Shown here: positions 1 through 8,530 of the stretch, one piece after another
Layout: the number at the start of each line of letters is the position of its first letter
How positions within the stretch are numbered: position 1 is the first letter of the stretch
Assembly: GCA_903827945.1 (NCBI GenBank)
Contig: CAIKKN010000009.1
Location: forward strand, 52,046 to 116,045
Length of the DNA stretch: 64,000 bases
Direction of reading: 5' to 3'
Origin: an uncultured Actinomycetes bacterium
Lineage (GTDB): Bacteria > Actinomycetota > Actinomycetes > Nanopelagicales > Nanopelagicaceae
Notes under the pieces: generated by a model
Databases searched by the model: none
The model's input: the letters and a program-made list of their open reading frames with translations, nothing else
Told to the model about the DNA's origin: nothing
Position numbers and translations under genes: made by a program

Positions 1-188
1 TAGTTGGCAATCGTCCCAAGATTGGCCCACGACGCGCAGAAGCAATCAACTCACTCTCCTTAGCGCTGGATGGCGCTCTTGTTTCCCTTAGTGCAACTAC
101 AACAGATGGACTTGGTTTCACAGGTGAAGGAAAAGGCATCTCGGCTATCGCGTCAGTCTTGCTCAGAGTGACCGGTAGAATCTCCTAA
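1..188 (+). CDS. ispF: 2-C-methyl-D-erythritol 2,4-cyclodiphosphate synthase, C-terminal fragment (gene enters from the left edge)
   Basis: An open frame (frame 3) runs from the window edge to TAA 186-188. The translation ...[13 protein letters not shown]...[26 protein letters not shown] matches the conserved C-terminal ATTTE.LGFTGRGEGI block of IspF. TAATG overlap with cysS. ispF-cysS adjacency is typical of Actinobacteria. Confidence 0.75.
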   Translation, partial: VGNRPKIGPRRAEAINSLSLALDGALVSLSATTTDGLGFTGEGKGISAIASVLLRVTGRIS

Positions 189-1579
189 TGGCGCTTTCGT
201 TATATAACACCGCAACTCGGACAGTCAGTGAATTTCGACCTCTGGTTCCGGGCAAAGTTGGTATTTATCTTTGTGGCGCAACAGTTCAAGCACCTCCACA
301 TATCGGCCACATTCGTAGCGGAGTAAATTTCGACATTCTTCGCCGTTGGTTGGCTGCGTCAGGTTTTGATGTAACTTTTATTCGCAACGTCACAGATATT
401 GATGACAAGATTTTGCATAAAGCAGCTCATGAAGAATTTCCATGGTGGGCTGTAGCAATGAAGTATGAACGTGCATTCACCGATGCATACAAAGCTTTGA
501 ATGTTCTTCCTCCAACCTATGAACCACGCGCAACTGGTCACATCACACAGATGATTGAGTTAATGCAAACCTTGATTGAAAAAGGCCATGCATATGCCCC
601 CGGTAATGGCGATGTGTATTTGGAAGTCCGCACTTTGACTTCGTACCTCACCCTTTCGAATCAAAAATTGGATGACTTACTTCCAGCCGGAGATGCCGAA
701 GATCGCCTGAAGAAAGATCCGCGTGATTTCGCGCTTTGGAAGGCTTCAAAGCCAGGAGAGCCCTCGTGGCCAACACCTTGGGGAGATGGGCGCCCGGGTT
801 GGCACCTTGAATGTTCTGCGATGGCACTTGCCTATCTGGGGGAAAGTTTTGATATTCATGGTGGCGGCCTAGATCTGATTTTCCCGCATCACGAGAATGA
901 AATCGCACAGTCTGAAGCGGCTGGATATGGCTTTGCAAACGTGTGGATGCATAACGCTTGGGTTACTACCGCCGGTGAAAAGATGTCAAAGTCATTAGGT
1001 AATTCACTTCAAGTTCAAGAGATCATCAAGAATTTTCGTGGAATTGAATTGCGCTGGTATTTGGGAAGCGCTCACTACCGTTCAATGTTGGAATTCTCAT
1101 TTGAAGCACTTGAAGAATCCGCTGTCGCATTCCGCCGCATCGAAGCATTTTTAGATCGTGCGATAGGCGCACTTGGTTTCACTCCTGAAGGTGTTATTGC
1201 TTCTGGTTTTGCTGATGCAATGAATGATGACCTTGCAGTTCCGGCTGCGCTTGCTTTTCTATCTGAAACTGTGAAGAACGGAAATACCGCCTTTTCATCT
1301 AATGACATTGCTGCGCTCACGATTGCTGTGGCAGAAGTACGTGGCATGCTAAACGTTCTTGGTTGCGATCCACTTGATGCTGCCTTTGCAGGAGGCTCTA
1401 CGAGCAATACTGATGCTATTGACGGTTTAATTTCACTTGCTTTGCAACAACGCGAAGCCGCACGTGCACGAAAAGACTTTGCCGCTTCCGACGCCATTCG
1501 CGATCAAATCGCTGCGCTTGGAATTGTCATTGAAGATACACCGCAAGGACCCCGATGGCAGATTTCTAGTGGACGGTAG
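188..1579 (+). CDS. cysS: cysteine--tRNA ligase
   Basis: 463 aa. Class I aaRS HIGH motif (PPHIGHIRSG) and KMSKS motif (EKMSKSLGN). CysRS-type WHLECSAM zinc-site block. Length and position next to ispF/rlmB fit CysS rather than the shorter MshC paralog. Confidence 0.95.
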   Translation: MALSLYNTATRTVSEFRPLVPGKVGIYLCGATVQAPPHIGHIRSGVNFDILRRWLAASGFDVTFIRNVTDIDDKILHKAAHEEFPWWAVAMKYERAFTDAYKALNVLPPTYEPRATGHITQMIELMQTLIEKGHAYAPGNGDVYLEVRTLTSYLTLSNQKLDDLLPAGDAEDRLKKDPRDFALWKASKPGEPSWPTPWGDGRPGWHLECSAMALAYLGESFDIHGGGLDLIFPHHENEIAQSEAAGYGFANVWMHNAWVTTAGEKMSKSLGNSLQVQEIIKNFRGIELRWYLGSAHYRSMLEFSFEALEESAVAFRRIEAFLDRAIGALGFTPEGVIASGFADAMNDDLAVPAALAFLSETVKNGNTAFSSNDIAALTIAVAEVRGMLNVLGCDPLDAAFAGGSTSNTDAIDGLISLALQQREAARARKDFAASDAIRDQIAALGIVIEDTPQGPRWQISSGR

Positions 1580-1583
1580 ATAA

Positions 1584-2495
1584 ATGACAAAGCAATTACG
1601 TAATCCAGATCGCATGAAGCCAAAGCAGGCTGCTAAGCCAGCGCGAAAGCAACAAGCGACTAAACAAGAGAAGCGCGCCGCCAGACGTCCCCAAAAGGAT
1701 GATGCGCCAGCTCGCACATCTGCGCCTCGCGCAGCCCGACCATCTCGTTCAAGTGGAAAGCCAACTCAAGATGCAGTCGCTGGTCGCAATCCCGTTGTAG
1801 AAGCACTTCGTGCCGGAGTTCCTGCAACAGAGTTAATTATTGCTTCACGCGCAGAGATGGATGAGCGCATGATGGAAGCGCTACGTCTTGCAAAGAATGC
1901 AAATTTGGCGATCAAGGAAGTTGCCCGCGGCGTTTTGGATATTATGACCGGAACAACGAATCACCAAGGAATCGGCCTTGTTATCAAGGAATTTCAGTAC
2001 ACAAATTTTGATGACTTGCTCAATAAAGCAAAGAATCCAGCCCTGATAGTTGGAATGGATGGAGTAACAGATCCACATAACCTAGGTGCAATTGTGAGAA
2101 GTGCATCGGCATTTGGAGCTGACGGAGTTGTAATTCCTGAACGCCGCAATGCATCTATGACAGGAAGTGCGTGGAAATCTTCGGCCGGCGCAGCCGCACG
2201 TATGCCAATCTCACAAGTAACTAATCTTGTTCGTTCGATCGAAGATGCAAAAAAAGCGGGCCTATTCGTAGTTGGTCTTGATGCCGATGGCCAAGAATCC
2301 TTGCCACAGTTTTCGCTGGCTAAAGATTCAATTTATGTAATTGTGGGAAGTGAAGGCAAGGGACTCTCTCGTCTCGTTCGCGAAAAGTGCGACGTCATCC
2401 TTTCAATTCCAATGAATTCTGAGATGGAATCACTCAATGCAAGCGTTGCAACAGCAATTGTTATGCATTGGATTGCGGCGGAAAGAGCGCAATAA
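1584..2495 (+). CDS. rlmB: SpoU/TrmH-family RNA 2'-O-ribose methyltransferase (RlmB-like) with a basic low-complexity N-terminal tail
   Basis: SpoU motifs GMDGVTDPHNLGAIVRSA, VIVGSEGKGLSRLV and IPMNSEMESLNASVA. The first ~60 aa are K/R/A/P-rich. Lies 4 nt after cysS. Confidence 0.85.
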   Translation: MTKQLRNPDRMKPKQAAKPARKQQATKQEKRAARRPQKDDAPARTSAPRAARPSRSSGKPTQDAVAGRNPVVEALRAGVPATELIIASRAEMDERMMEALRLAKNANLAIKEVARGVLDIMTGTTNHQGIGLVIKEFQYTNFDDLLNKAKNPALIVGMDGVTDPHNLGAIVRSASAFGADGVVIPERRNASMTGSAWKSSAGAAARMPISQVTNLVRSIEDAKKAGLFVVGLDADGQESLPQFSLAKDSIYVIVGSEGKGLSRLVREKCDVILSIPMNSEMESLNASVATAIVMHWIAAERAQ

Positions 2496-2496
2496 A

Positions 2497-3276
2497 ATGA
2501 ACTTCACTCGTTACATTGCACTTGGCGATTCGATGACCGAGGGCATGACTGATGAAGTTGTGAATGGACATTACCGCGGGTGGGCTGATCGCATTGCAGA
2601 TGTAATGGCGCAACAGAATCCAGATTTTACCTATATGAATTTAGCTGTTCGCGGAAAACTCATCCAGCAAGTAATCGATGATCAATTACCGCAGATTCAA
2701 AAGTATGTGACGGGCAGAGAAACTCTTGTTAGTTTTCATGCTGGAGCAAACGATGTGATTCGCCCTAATTACAATCCAGCTATTACCTTGCCGCTTTATA
2801 TCGATGCCGCCAAGAAAGTTGCGGCGACTGGTTGCACTTTGATGTTGTTTACTGTGATGGAAAAACCATCGAGTGATGGAAAAACTGGTCAGATTTGGGA
2901 AGCGCGTTTCCACGAATTCAATAAAATCGTTCGCCACACAGCAGAGATAACTGGCGCAATTCTCATTGATTGGAACGTCGCACCGTTTCTTTCTGATTTG
3001 AGATTTCTTGCAACTGATCGATTGCATTTAAATTCCGAGGGGCATTATCGAGTGGCCCAAGGGGTTCTGGAAAAATTAGAGCTTCCATTTGATTCGAAGT
3101 GGAAAGTTGCTCTTCCTCCACCAGTTGCTATTCCACGAGTCAAAAAATTTGCATCAGACCTCCACTGGATTGCCACTTTTGTCATTCCTTGGATTTGGCG
3201 CAGAGTGCGGGGTAAATCATCAGGAGATGGTCGAAAATCCAAGCATTCTTACCCCGTACAGTGGGGCCAGCACTAG
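2497..3276 (+). CDS. SGNH/GDSL-family hydrolase
   Basis: Start moved to ATG 2497, 1 nt after the rlmB stop. Block I GDSMTEG, block III HAGANDV, block V DRLH (DxxH). The longer ORF-track start at 2437 overlaps rlmB. Confidence 0.8.
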   Translation: MNFTRYIALGDSMTEGMTDEVVNGHYRGWADRIADVMAQQNPDFTYMNLAVRGKLIQQVIDDQLPQIQKYVTGRETLVSFHAGANDVIRPNYNPAITLPLYIDAAKKVAATGCTLMLFTVMEKPSSDGKTGQIWEARFHEFNKIVRHTAEITGAILIDWNVAPFLSDLRFLATDRLHLNSEGHYRVAQGVLEKLELPFDSKWKVALPPPVAIPRVKKFASDLHWIATFVIPWIWRRVRGKSSGDGRKSKHSYPVQWGQH

Positions 3277-3289
3277 TAATTTGTTTTCG

Positions 3290-3311
3290 CGTTACCGCCT
3301 ATTCACCTCTT
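3290..3311 (+). promoter_or_regulatory. Candidate PHO-box-like pair of 11-nt units (CGTTACCGCCT / ATTCACCTCTT) just upstream of the ppk ribosome-binding site
   Basis: TTCACCT core at 3302-3308, preceded 11 nt earlier by GTTACC. The same GTTCACCT word recurs upstream of two other P-related operons in this window. Confidence 0.3.
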
Positions 3312-3319
3312 TAAGGGAG

Positions 3320-3367
3320 AATAAGGGTATGCATTCGTACTCAAATAAGGGTATGCATTCGTACTCA
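3320..3367 (+). repeat. Perfect 24-bp tandem duplication (AATAAGGGTATGCATTCGTACTCA x2) spanning the ppk start codon
   Basis: Read directly: copy 1 is 3320-3343 and copy 2 is 3344-3367, with no mismatch. It is in frame (8 codons, NKGMHSYS) and gives two ATGs, at 3329 and 3353. Confidence 0.95.
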
Positions 3368-5434
3368 ATTGCCGAAAGTCCTCGCGACCGCCTGATAGAT
3401 CGCGAGCTTAGTTGGCTTGCCTTCAATGAGCGCGTGCTTGAACTGGCCGAGGATGAGTCAACACCACTTCTAGAGCGTTGTCGGTTCTTAGCAATTTTCT
3501 CATCTAACTTAGATGACTTTGTCATGATTCGCGTTGCAACTTTAAAACGCAAAATTGAAAACGGAATTTCTAAAACTAATACTGCTGGGCTTGCACCTTT
3601 GGAACTTATGTCAACGCTCTCGCAGCGCATCCAAGAGCTTGTCGAGCGACAGACTAATTGTTTTCATAATTCTGTTTTGCCAGGATTACGCGAGCAGGGA
3701 ATTGATTTGGTATTTTGGGATCAACTGAGTGATGGCGAAAGAGAACACGTAAATTCAATATTTTCCACAAAGGTTTTTCCAGTTCTGACTCCACTCGCGA
3801 TTGACCCAGCGCACCCATTTCCATACATCTCGGGTCTCTCACTCAATATTGCGGTAATTCTTAAAAACCCTGATTCAGAAGCCGAACTCTTCGCCCGTGT
3901 AAAAGTTCCTTCAAATCTCCCACGCTTTATCCAAACATCTGGTGATACAAAGCGCCTCATTGCCACCGAACACGTAATTATTGCCAATTTACACCAGCTC
4001 TTCCATGGCATGGAAGTTGTGAACAACTACATGTTTAGGTTGACTAGAAACGCAGATCTTGAAATCGAAGAAGATGAATCCGATGATTTACTCGCTTCGA
4101 TGGAACAAGAACTTCTTCGTAGAAAATTTGGTCCACCAGTTCGTCTTGAGGTCGACCGTGATATGGATACAGAACTACTGAGCACTCTCATGGATGAACT
4201 AGATATCAACGTCCAAGACATCAGCCGCTATAAGTCTCCACTTGATTTGACGGGTCTTAATCAAATCGCTGATTTGGATATCCCAGCACTCAAATTTCCA
4301 AGTTGGAGCAATCAAGTTGCAATGGATTTGCGCGCAGTCGATGCTGATGATGATGAAGGATTCTACGAAGTAATAGCTCGAAAAGAGATTTTGCTGCATC
4401 ACCCATACGAATCATTTAATTCATCTGTTGTGCGCTTTCTAGAAACAGCAGCGCGCGATCCTCAAGTATTGGCGATAAAGCAGACTCTATATAGAACATC
4501 TGGAGATTCCCCGATTGTTCAGGCTCTTATCGAAGCGGCAGAAGCAGGTAAGCAAGTTCTCGCCGTTGTTGAAATCCGCGCACGATTTGATGAGCAGGCA
4601 AACGTTCGCTGGGCTCGCAAACTTGAAGATGCTGGCGTGCACGTCGTTTATGGCGTTGTTGGTCTCAAAACTCACGCAAAACTCTCCATGGTTGTGCGGC
4701 AAGAGAGTGGTGCGATTCGCCGCTATGTTCACATGGGTACTGGAAATTACCACCCAAAGACTGCGCGTCTCTATGAGGATTTTGGAATCCTAAGTGCGGA
4801 CCCCGTTCTGGGCGATGACGTCAACAAATTATTCAACCAATTGAGCGGTTTTGCTCCTCAAACACTTTTCTCTCGAATTCTGGTAGCTCCCAGAACTTTA
4901 CGCAGTGGCTTATTGGAAAAAATCGAAAGAGAAATTCAGAATCAAAAGGATGGAAAGCCAGCCTTTATCCGACTAAAACTCAACTCGTTGCTCGATGAAG
5001 AGTTTATTGAAGCGCTCTACAAAGCTTCGCAACACGGTGTAAAAGTTGATTTAGTTGTCCGTGGTATTTGTGCAATTCGCTGTGGTGTCCCAGGGTTGTC
5101 GGAAAATATCCAGGCTCGTTCAATTTTGGGCCGTTTCCTGGAGCACTCACGCATATTCCATTTCGCTAACGGCGGAGAAGATGAGCACTGGATCGGTAGC
5201 GCAGATTTGATGCACCGAAACCTTGATCGTCGCGTTGAGAGCTTAGTGAAGATTGTTCAACCTGATCACAAGCGCAGATTGAATCGCGCTCTAGATGGTT
5301 ATCTTTCAGATGGCACATCGAGTTGGCACATGCATCAAGATGGACATTGGGAGCGAGTTACTCGTTCACAAGACGGCGAGCGATTGGATGATTTCCAAAT
5401 GAAGGCTATCGAGTGGTATCGGAACCGCGAATGA
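3329..5434 (+). CDS. ppk: polyphosphate kinase 1
   Basis: PPK1 hallmarks: GLKTHAKLSMVVR (autophosphorylated His region), HMGTGNYH, and SADLMHRNLDRRVE in the PLD-like C-terminal domains. Start set at ATG 3329 (SD AAGGGAG at 3313-3319). The 3089 ORF-track start overlaps the SGNH gene and adds non-homologous sequence. ATG 3353 is an alternative start. Confidence 0.93.
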   Translation: MHSYSNKGMHSYSIAESPRDRLIDRELSWLAFNERVLELAEDESTPLLERCRFLAIFSSNLDDFVMIRVATLKRKIENGISKTNTAGLAPLELMSTLSQRIQELVERQTNCFHNSVLPGLREQGIDLVFWDQLSDGEREHVNSIFSTKVFPVLTPLAIDPAHPFPYISGLSLNIAVILKNPDSEAELFARVKVPSNLPRFIQTSGDTKRLIATEHVIIANLHQLFHGMEVVNNYMFRLTRNADLEIEEDESDDLLASMEQELLRRKFGPPVRLEVDRDMDTELLSTLMDELDINVQDISRYKSPLDLTGLNQIADLDIPALKFPSWSNQVAMDLRAVDADDDEGFYEVIARKEILLHHPYESFNSSVVRFLETAARDPQVLAIKQTLYRTSGDSPIVQALIEAAEAGKQVLAVVEIRARFDEQANVRWARKLEDAGVHVVYGVVGLKTHAKLSMVVRQESGAIRRYVHMGTGNYHPKTARLYEDFGILSADPVLGDDVNKLFNQLSGFAPQTLFSRILVAPRTLRSGLLEKIEREIQNQKDGKPAFIRLKLNSLLDEEFIEALYKASQHGVKVDLVVRGICAIRCGVPGLSENIQARSILGRFLEHSRIFHFANGGEDEHWIGSADLMHRNLDRRVESLVKIVQPDHKRRLNRALDGYLSDGTSSWHMHQDGHWERVTRSQDGERLDDFQMKAIEWYRNRE

Positions 5435-6321
5435 ACCCCGTAGTTCTTGCGGGCGGCGGAGTCGTCTGGAAATATGATGGCGATGGACAAGTACTTGTAC
5501 TTCTCATTCACCGCCCTCGATATGATGATTGGTCGATACCAAAAGGCAAGTTAGAAGAAGGTGAGCAATTAATTTCGTGCGCTTACCGTGAAGTTATTGA
5601 AGAGACTCATCTGAAGGTTTCTTTTGGTCCTTTTATAACCGAAACTGAATACTACGTAGCCGATGGTCTTAAGCGCGTTTCTTACTGGGCTGCTCATGCT
5701 TACGACCCCAATGACATTTTTATAGCTAATTCGGAAGCCGATGAAGGTCGATGGCTGACAATAGAAAACGCAATTGAACTCGCTACAGGTGAAAGTGATA
5801 AAGAAGTTCTTTCAGTCTTTTTTAAATCTCCATTTGATGCTCAAACGATAATTATTCTTCGACATGGAAAAGCACTTGCCCGTGAAGAATGGCTTGGGGG
5901 AGATGAAGATCGCCCTCTAGAACAAAAAGGTTCACTCCAAGCAAAGCGAATGATCTCTATATATCAAGCTTTTAATATCCAAAAGATCATCACATCTGAT
6001 GCCATTCGTTGTTATGACACGGTCGATCCTCTTTCCAACGCCTTAGACATTAAGCTCAAAGTGGAGAAAGATATTAGTGAAGATACGTGGAAGAAAGATA
6101 AGGAAAAAGCGATTGAGTTCGCTAAGGACATTATTAAGGAAGAGAAGACAGTTCTTGTCTGTAGCCATAATCCAGTTTTGCCACGGATGCTAGAAAAATT
6201 GACGAAAAAGATTGATTTTGACTATCCGGATAACAAGCTACTTCCTGGAGAAGCCTGGGTTATTCATCATAAGAAGAAGGAAGTTCTTCAGATTGATCGG
6301 CTAGAAGCGCCGAATACTTAA
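5431..6321 (+). CDS. mutT1: NUDIX hydrolase fused to a histidine-phosphatase domain (MutT1-like)
   Basis: Nudix box GKLEEGEQLISCAYREVIEETHL. C-terminal RHG phosphatase motif IIILRHGKALARE. ATGA start/stop overlap with ppk. The ppk1-mutT1 order matches mycobacteria. Confidence 0.8.
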   Translation: MNPVVLAGGGVVWKYDGDGQVLVLLIHRPRYDDWSIPKGKLEEGEQLISCAYREVIEETHLKVSFGPFITETEYYVADGLKRVSYWAAHAYDPNDIFIANSEADEGRWLTIENAIELATGESDKEVLSVFFKSPFDAQTIIILRHGKALAREEWLGGDEDRPLEQKGSLQAKRMISIYQAFNIQKIITSDAIRCYDTVDPLSNALDIKLKVEKDISEDTWKKDKEKAIEFAKDIIKEEKTVLVCSHNPVLPRMLEKLTKKIDFDYPDNKLLPGEAWVIHHKKKEVLQIDRLEAPNT

Positions 6322-6323
6322 GC

Positions 6324-7241
6324 CTACTTTTCGGTCCAGTCCATCCACTTAAGTACTACACCTTCGCGAAGCGCCCACGGGCAAATTTCCAGTTCGCGCA
6401 AATCAAGATTGCGCATCACACTTTCAGTCACAAATGCTCCTGCAACGATTTGCCGGGCACGGTTTCCTGAAACTCCTGGAAGTCGCGTTCTCTCAGAATG
6501 ACTCATCTCTGAAAGTCTTGAGCAAATCTTTCGTATGTGATCAATTTTGATGGTCTTGCCGTTTCCATCAAACCAATCGCCACCAAGTCTTGCAAGAGTG
6601 CGCAAGGTCTTGCTTGTTGCAATTGCGCGGTCTGTGTCTTGATGATGAACGAGTGCTGGAAGAATTGACTCCAATTGATTCTCGATATGATCGCGAAGAT
6701 TACGAACACTCTTTTCAGTATAAGGATCTCCAACTAAGTGGTTCTTTGTAAGGCGTCCGGCACCTAGTGGTAGAGAGACTGCAACTTCAGGAGCTTCATC
6801 ATTTCCCACTGCAATTTCAAGTGATCCACCGCCAATATCGATGACAAGTAGGCGTCCACTTGACCATCCAAACCATCGCCGAGCGGCTAGAAAAGTAAGC
6901 TTTGCTTCTTCTTCACCACTTAGAACTTGGAGATCGATTTCCAAATCTTTATTTAAAGTCTTAATAATTTCTTCACCATTTGCTGCTTCACGAAGTGCTG
7001 AAGTTGCGAACGGCAGCAGTTCTTCAACGTGAACAGATTTTGCTTCGACGATGGCTCTACGAAGTGTGGCTTCAAGCGCGCCAATTCCTTGTGCTGAAAT
7101 TGTGTTATCGGATTGCAGATACTCAGTTAATCGAAGTTCTTCTTTGTAGTTGAAAGTTGGATTTGGACGAGCCCCGACATGGGTATCGACCACCTGAAGG
7201 TGGACGGTATTTGAACCGACATCAAGAACTCCCAATCGCAC
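6324..7241 (-). CDS. ppx: Ppx/GppA-family exopolyphosphatase
   Basis: 305 aa. ASKHA-fold phosphate-binding motifs LDVGSNTVHLQV and VIDIGGGSLEIA. GTG start. Convergent with mutT1, separated by a 2-nt gap. Confidence 0.85.
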   Translation of the reverse strand: MRLGVLDVGSNTVHLQVVDTHVGARPNPTFNYKEELRLTEYLQSDNTISAQGIGALEATLRRAIVEAKSVHVEELLPFATSALREAANGEEIIKTLNKDLEIDLQVLSGEEEAKLTFLAARRWFGWSSGRLLVIDIGGGSLEIAVGNDEAPEVAVSLPLGAGRLTKNHLVGDPYTEKSVRNLRDHIENQLESILPALVHHQDTDRAIATSKTLRTLARLGGDWFDGNGKTIKIDHIRKICSRLSEMSHSERTRLPGVSGNRARQIVAGAFVTESVMRNLDLRELEICPWALREGVVLKWMDWTEK

Positions 7242-7341
7242 GAGGCGAACTTACTAGTTCAGGCCTCTTTCCAGCGGGTTAGAAGCATCACTTGTCTCGT
7301 GGCATAATAAGCCGCTGGTCGCGTTGTATGGACCTCAGTAG

Positions 7342-7416
7342 GCCTCCCTAGCTCAGTGGTAGAGCATCCGCCTTGTAAGCGGAAGGTCGTCAGTTCAATC
7401 CTGACGGGGGGCTCCA
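7342..7416 (+). tRNA. tRNA-Thr (anticodon TGT), CCA encoded
   Basis: Hand-folded cloverleaf. Acceptor GCCTCCC/GGGGGGC (one G-T pair). D arm GCTC-AGTGGTA-GAGC. Anticodon arm TCCGC-CTTGTAA-GCGGA. T arm GTCAG-TTCAATC-CTGAC. Discriminator T followed by CCA. Confidence 0.9.
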
Positions 7417-7428
7417 GTTCCCTAAGCT

Positions 7429-8427
7429 TTACTTAAGACCAGGCTCGATTGTCATCTTGCGTCCGATGCCATCCTTAAACATCTGAACAGCCTTTGGAAA
7501 ATCATCTAATCCAAAACGATGGCTGATCATTACGTCAGGGTTGAGCACGCCCGCAGCAAGAAGGTCACCTGCGCGTTCAAAGCTGTGAAGTACAGCCATT
7601 GAACCTGCAATCGTGATTTCCTTGTTGTAGACCCAGAATGGATTGATTTCAACCTTTGCGTGGGTATTTGCAACACCGAATTGAAGAAAGGTTCCACCAG
7701 GCATTGTGCGAGGAATCGCATCTTGAATAGCTTTTTCGTTTCCGGTGCAATCAATGACAACATCCCAACCACGCTCTGATTCGAATTCATCAGCTGATGT
7801 TGCAAGCTTTGTGATTCCGAGGGTGCGGGCTGTTTCAAGACGCTTTTCATTAATGTCCACCATCGAAACTGAAGCAGCTCCATTACGTCGAGCAAGTTCC
7901 ATCATCATCAAACCCATCGTTCCTGAACCGTAAATCAAGTAATGCGATCCTGGCATACGAGGTAAAACGTCATATCCTCTTACCGCGCAAGAGAGAGGCT
8001 CAATGAGGCTTGCGTTACGTACATCAATCTCATCTGGAAGAAGGTAAAGATTTTTTGCTGGTACAGCGCTGAATTCCGCAGCGCCCCCAGGAATCGAGAT
8101 ACCAATTCCGCCCCAGTTTTCGCACAAGTTTCCACGAGCGCGTTTGCAGTAGAAGCAATAACCACAATGCAGGGAAGGATCTACAGCAACTTTCTGACCC
8201 ACTTTGTAATCGCTTACTTTTGATCCAACTTCGACAATTGTTCCACTGAATTCATGTCCTGGAATAATAGGCAGAGTTGGTGCAAATTCACCTTCAAGAA
8301 TATGAAGATCTGTGCCGCAAATTCCGGATGCAGCAACTTGAACAACAACCTCGTTTTCTCCGCAGGTTGGGTCCGGGACTGTCTCAACTGAAATCTGATT
8401 GATGCCCGTGATGATTGCTGCCTTCAT
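7429..8427 (-). CDS. zinc-dependent medium-chain alcohol/polyol dehydrogenase (threonine/sorbitol dehydrogenase-like)
   Basis: GHEFSGTIVEVG catalytic-zinc motif, structural-zinc Cys cluster CGYCFYCKRARGNLC, and Rossmann segment IYGSGTMGL. Start moved to ATG 8427 (MKAAIITG), preceded by GGAG. Confidence 0.85.
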   Translation of the reverse strand: MKAAIITGINQISVETVPDPTCGENEVVVQVAASGICGTDLHILEGEFAPTLPIIPGHEFSGTIVEVGSKVSDYKVGQKVAVDPSLHCGYCFYCKRARGNLCENWGGIGISIPGGAAEFSAVPAKNLYLLPDEIDVRNASLIEPLSCAVRGYDVLPRMPGSHYLIYGSGTMGLMMMELARRNGAASVSMVDINEKRLETARTLGITKLATSADEFESERGWDVVIDCTGNEKAIQDAIPRTMPGGTFLQFGVANTHAKVEINPFWVYNKEITIAGSMAVLHSFERAGDLLAAGVLNPDVMISHRFGLDDFPKAVQMFKDGIGRKMTIEPGLK

Positions 8428-8530
8428 TTGTTCACTGCTCCAATGCTCATGAGACCTGACTTTTAAAGCGAAGCCTATGAGAAAAAGCAAAGTTGTAGCG
8501 AAACTCTGCGACAGTCTGGTTGGATTAGGT

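Noticed and set aside
1075-1497. Long antisense 'shadow' ORFs inside well-supported genes. Examples: 1075-1497 in cysS, 15685-16167 in the SBP gene, 24763-25179 in the ATPase, 36252-36587 and 36918-37277 in groEL, 46055-46513 in the GGDEF gene, 50666-51217 in MMPL, and 60194-60610 in dapD.
   Set aside because: Their translations are low-complexity (Ser/Arg/Ala/Pro-rich) with no recognisable motifs. Each lies wholly antisense to a gene with strong motif support. This is the usual stop-codon depletion opposite coding frames.
3089-3328. Long N-terminal extension of the ppk ORF (ORF-track start at 3089)
   Set aside because: It overlaps the 3' end of the SGNH hydrolase gene in another frame. It has no PPK-like sequence. 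A good SD (AAGGGAG) precedes ATG 3329.
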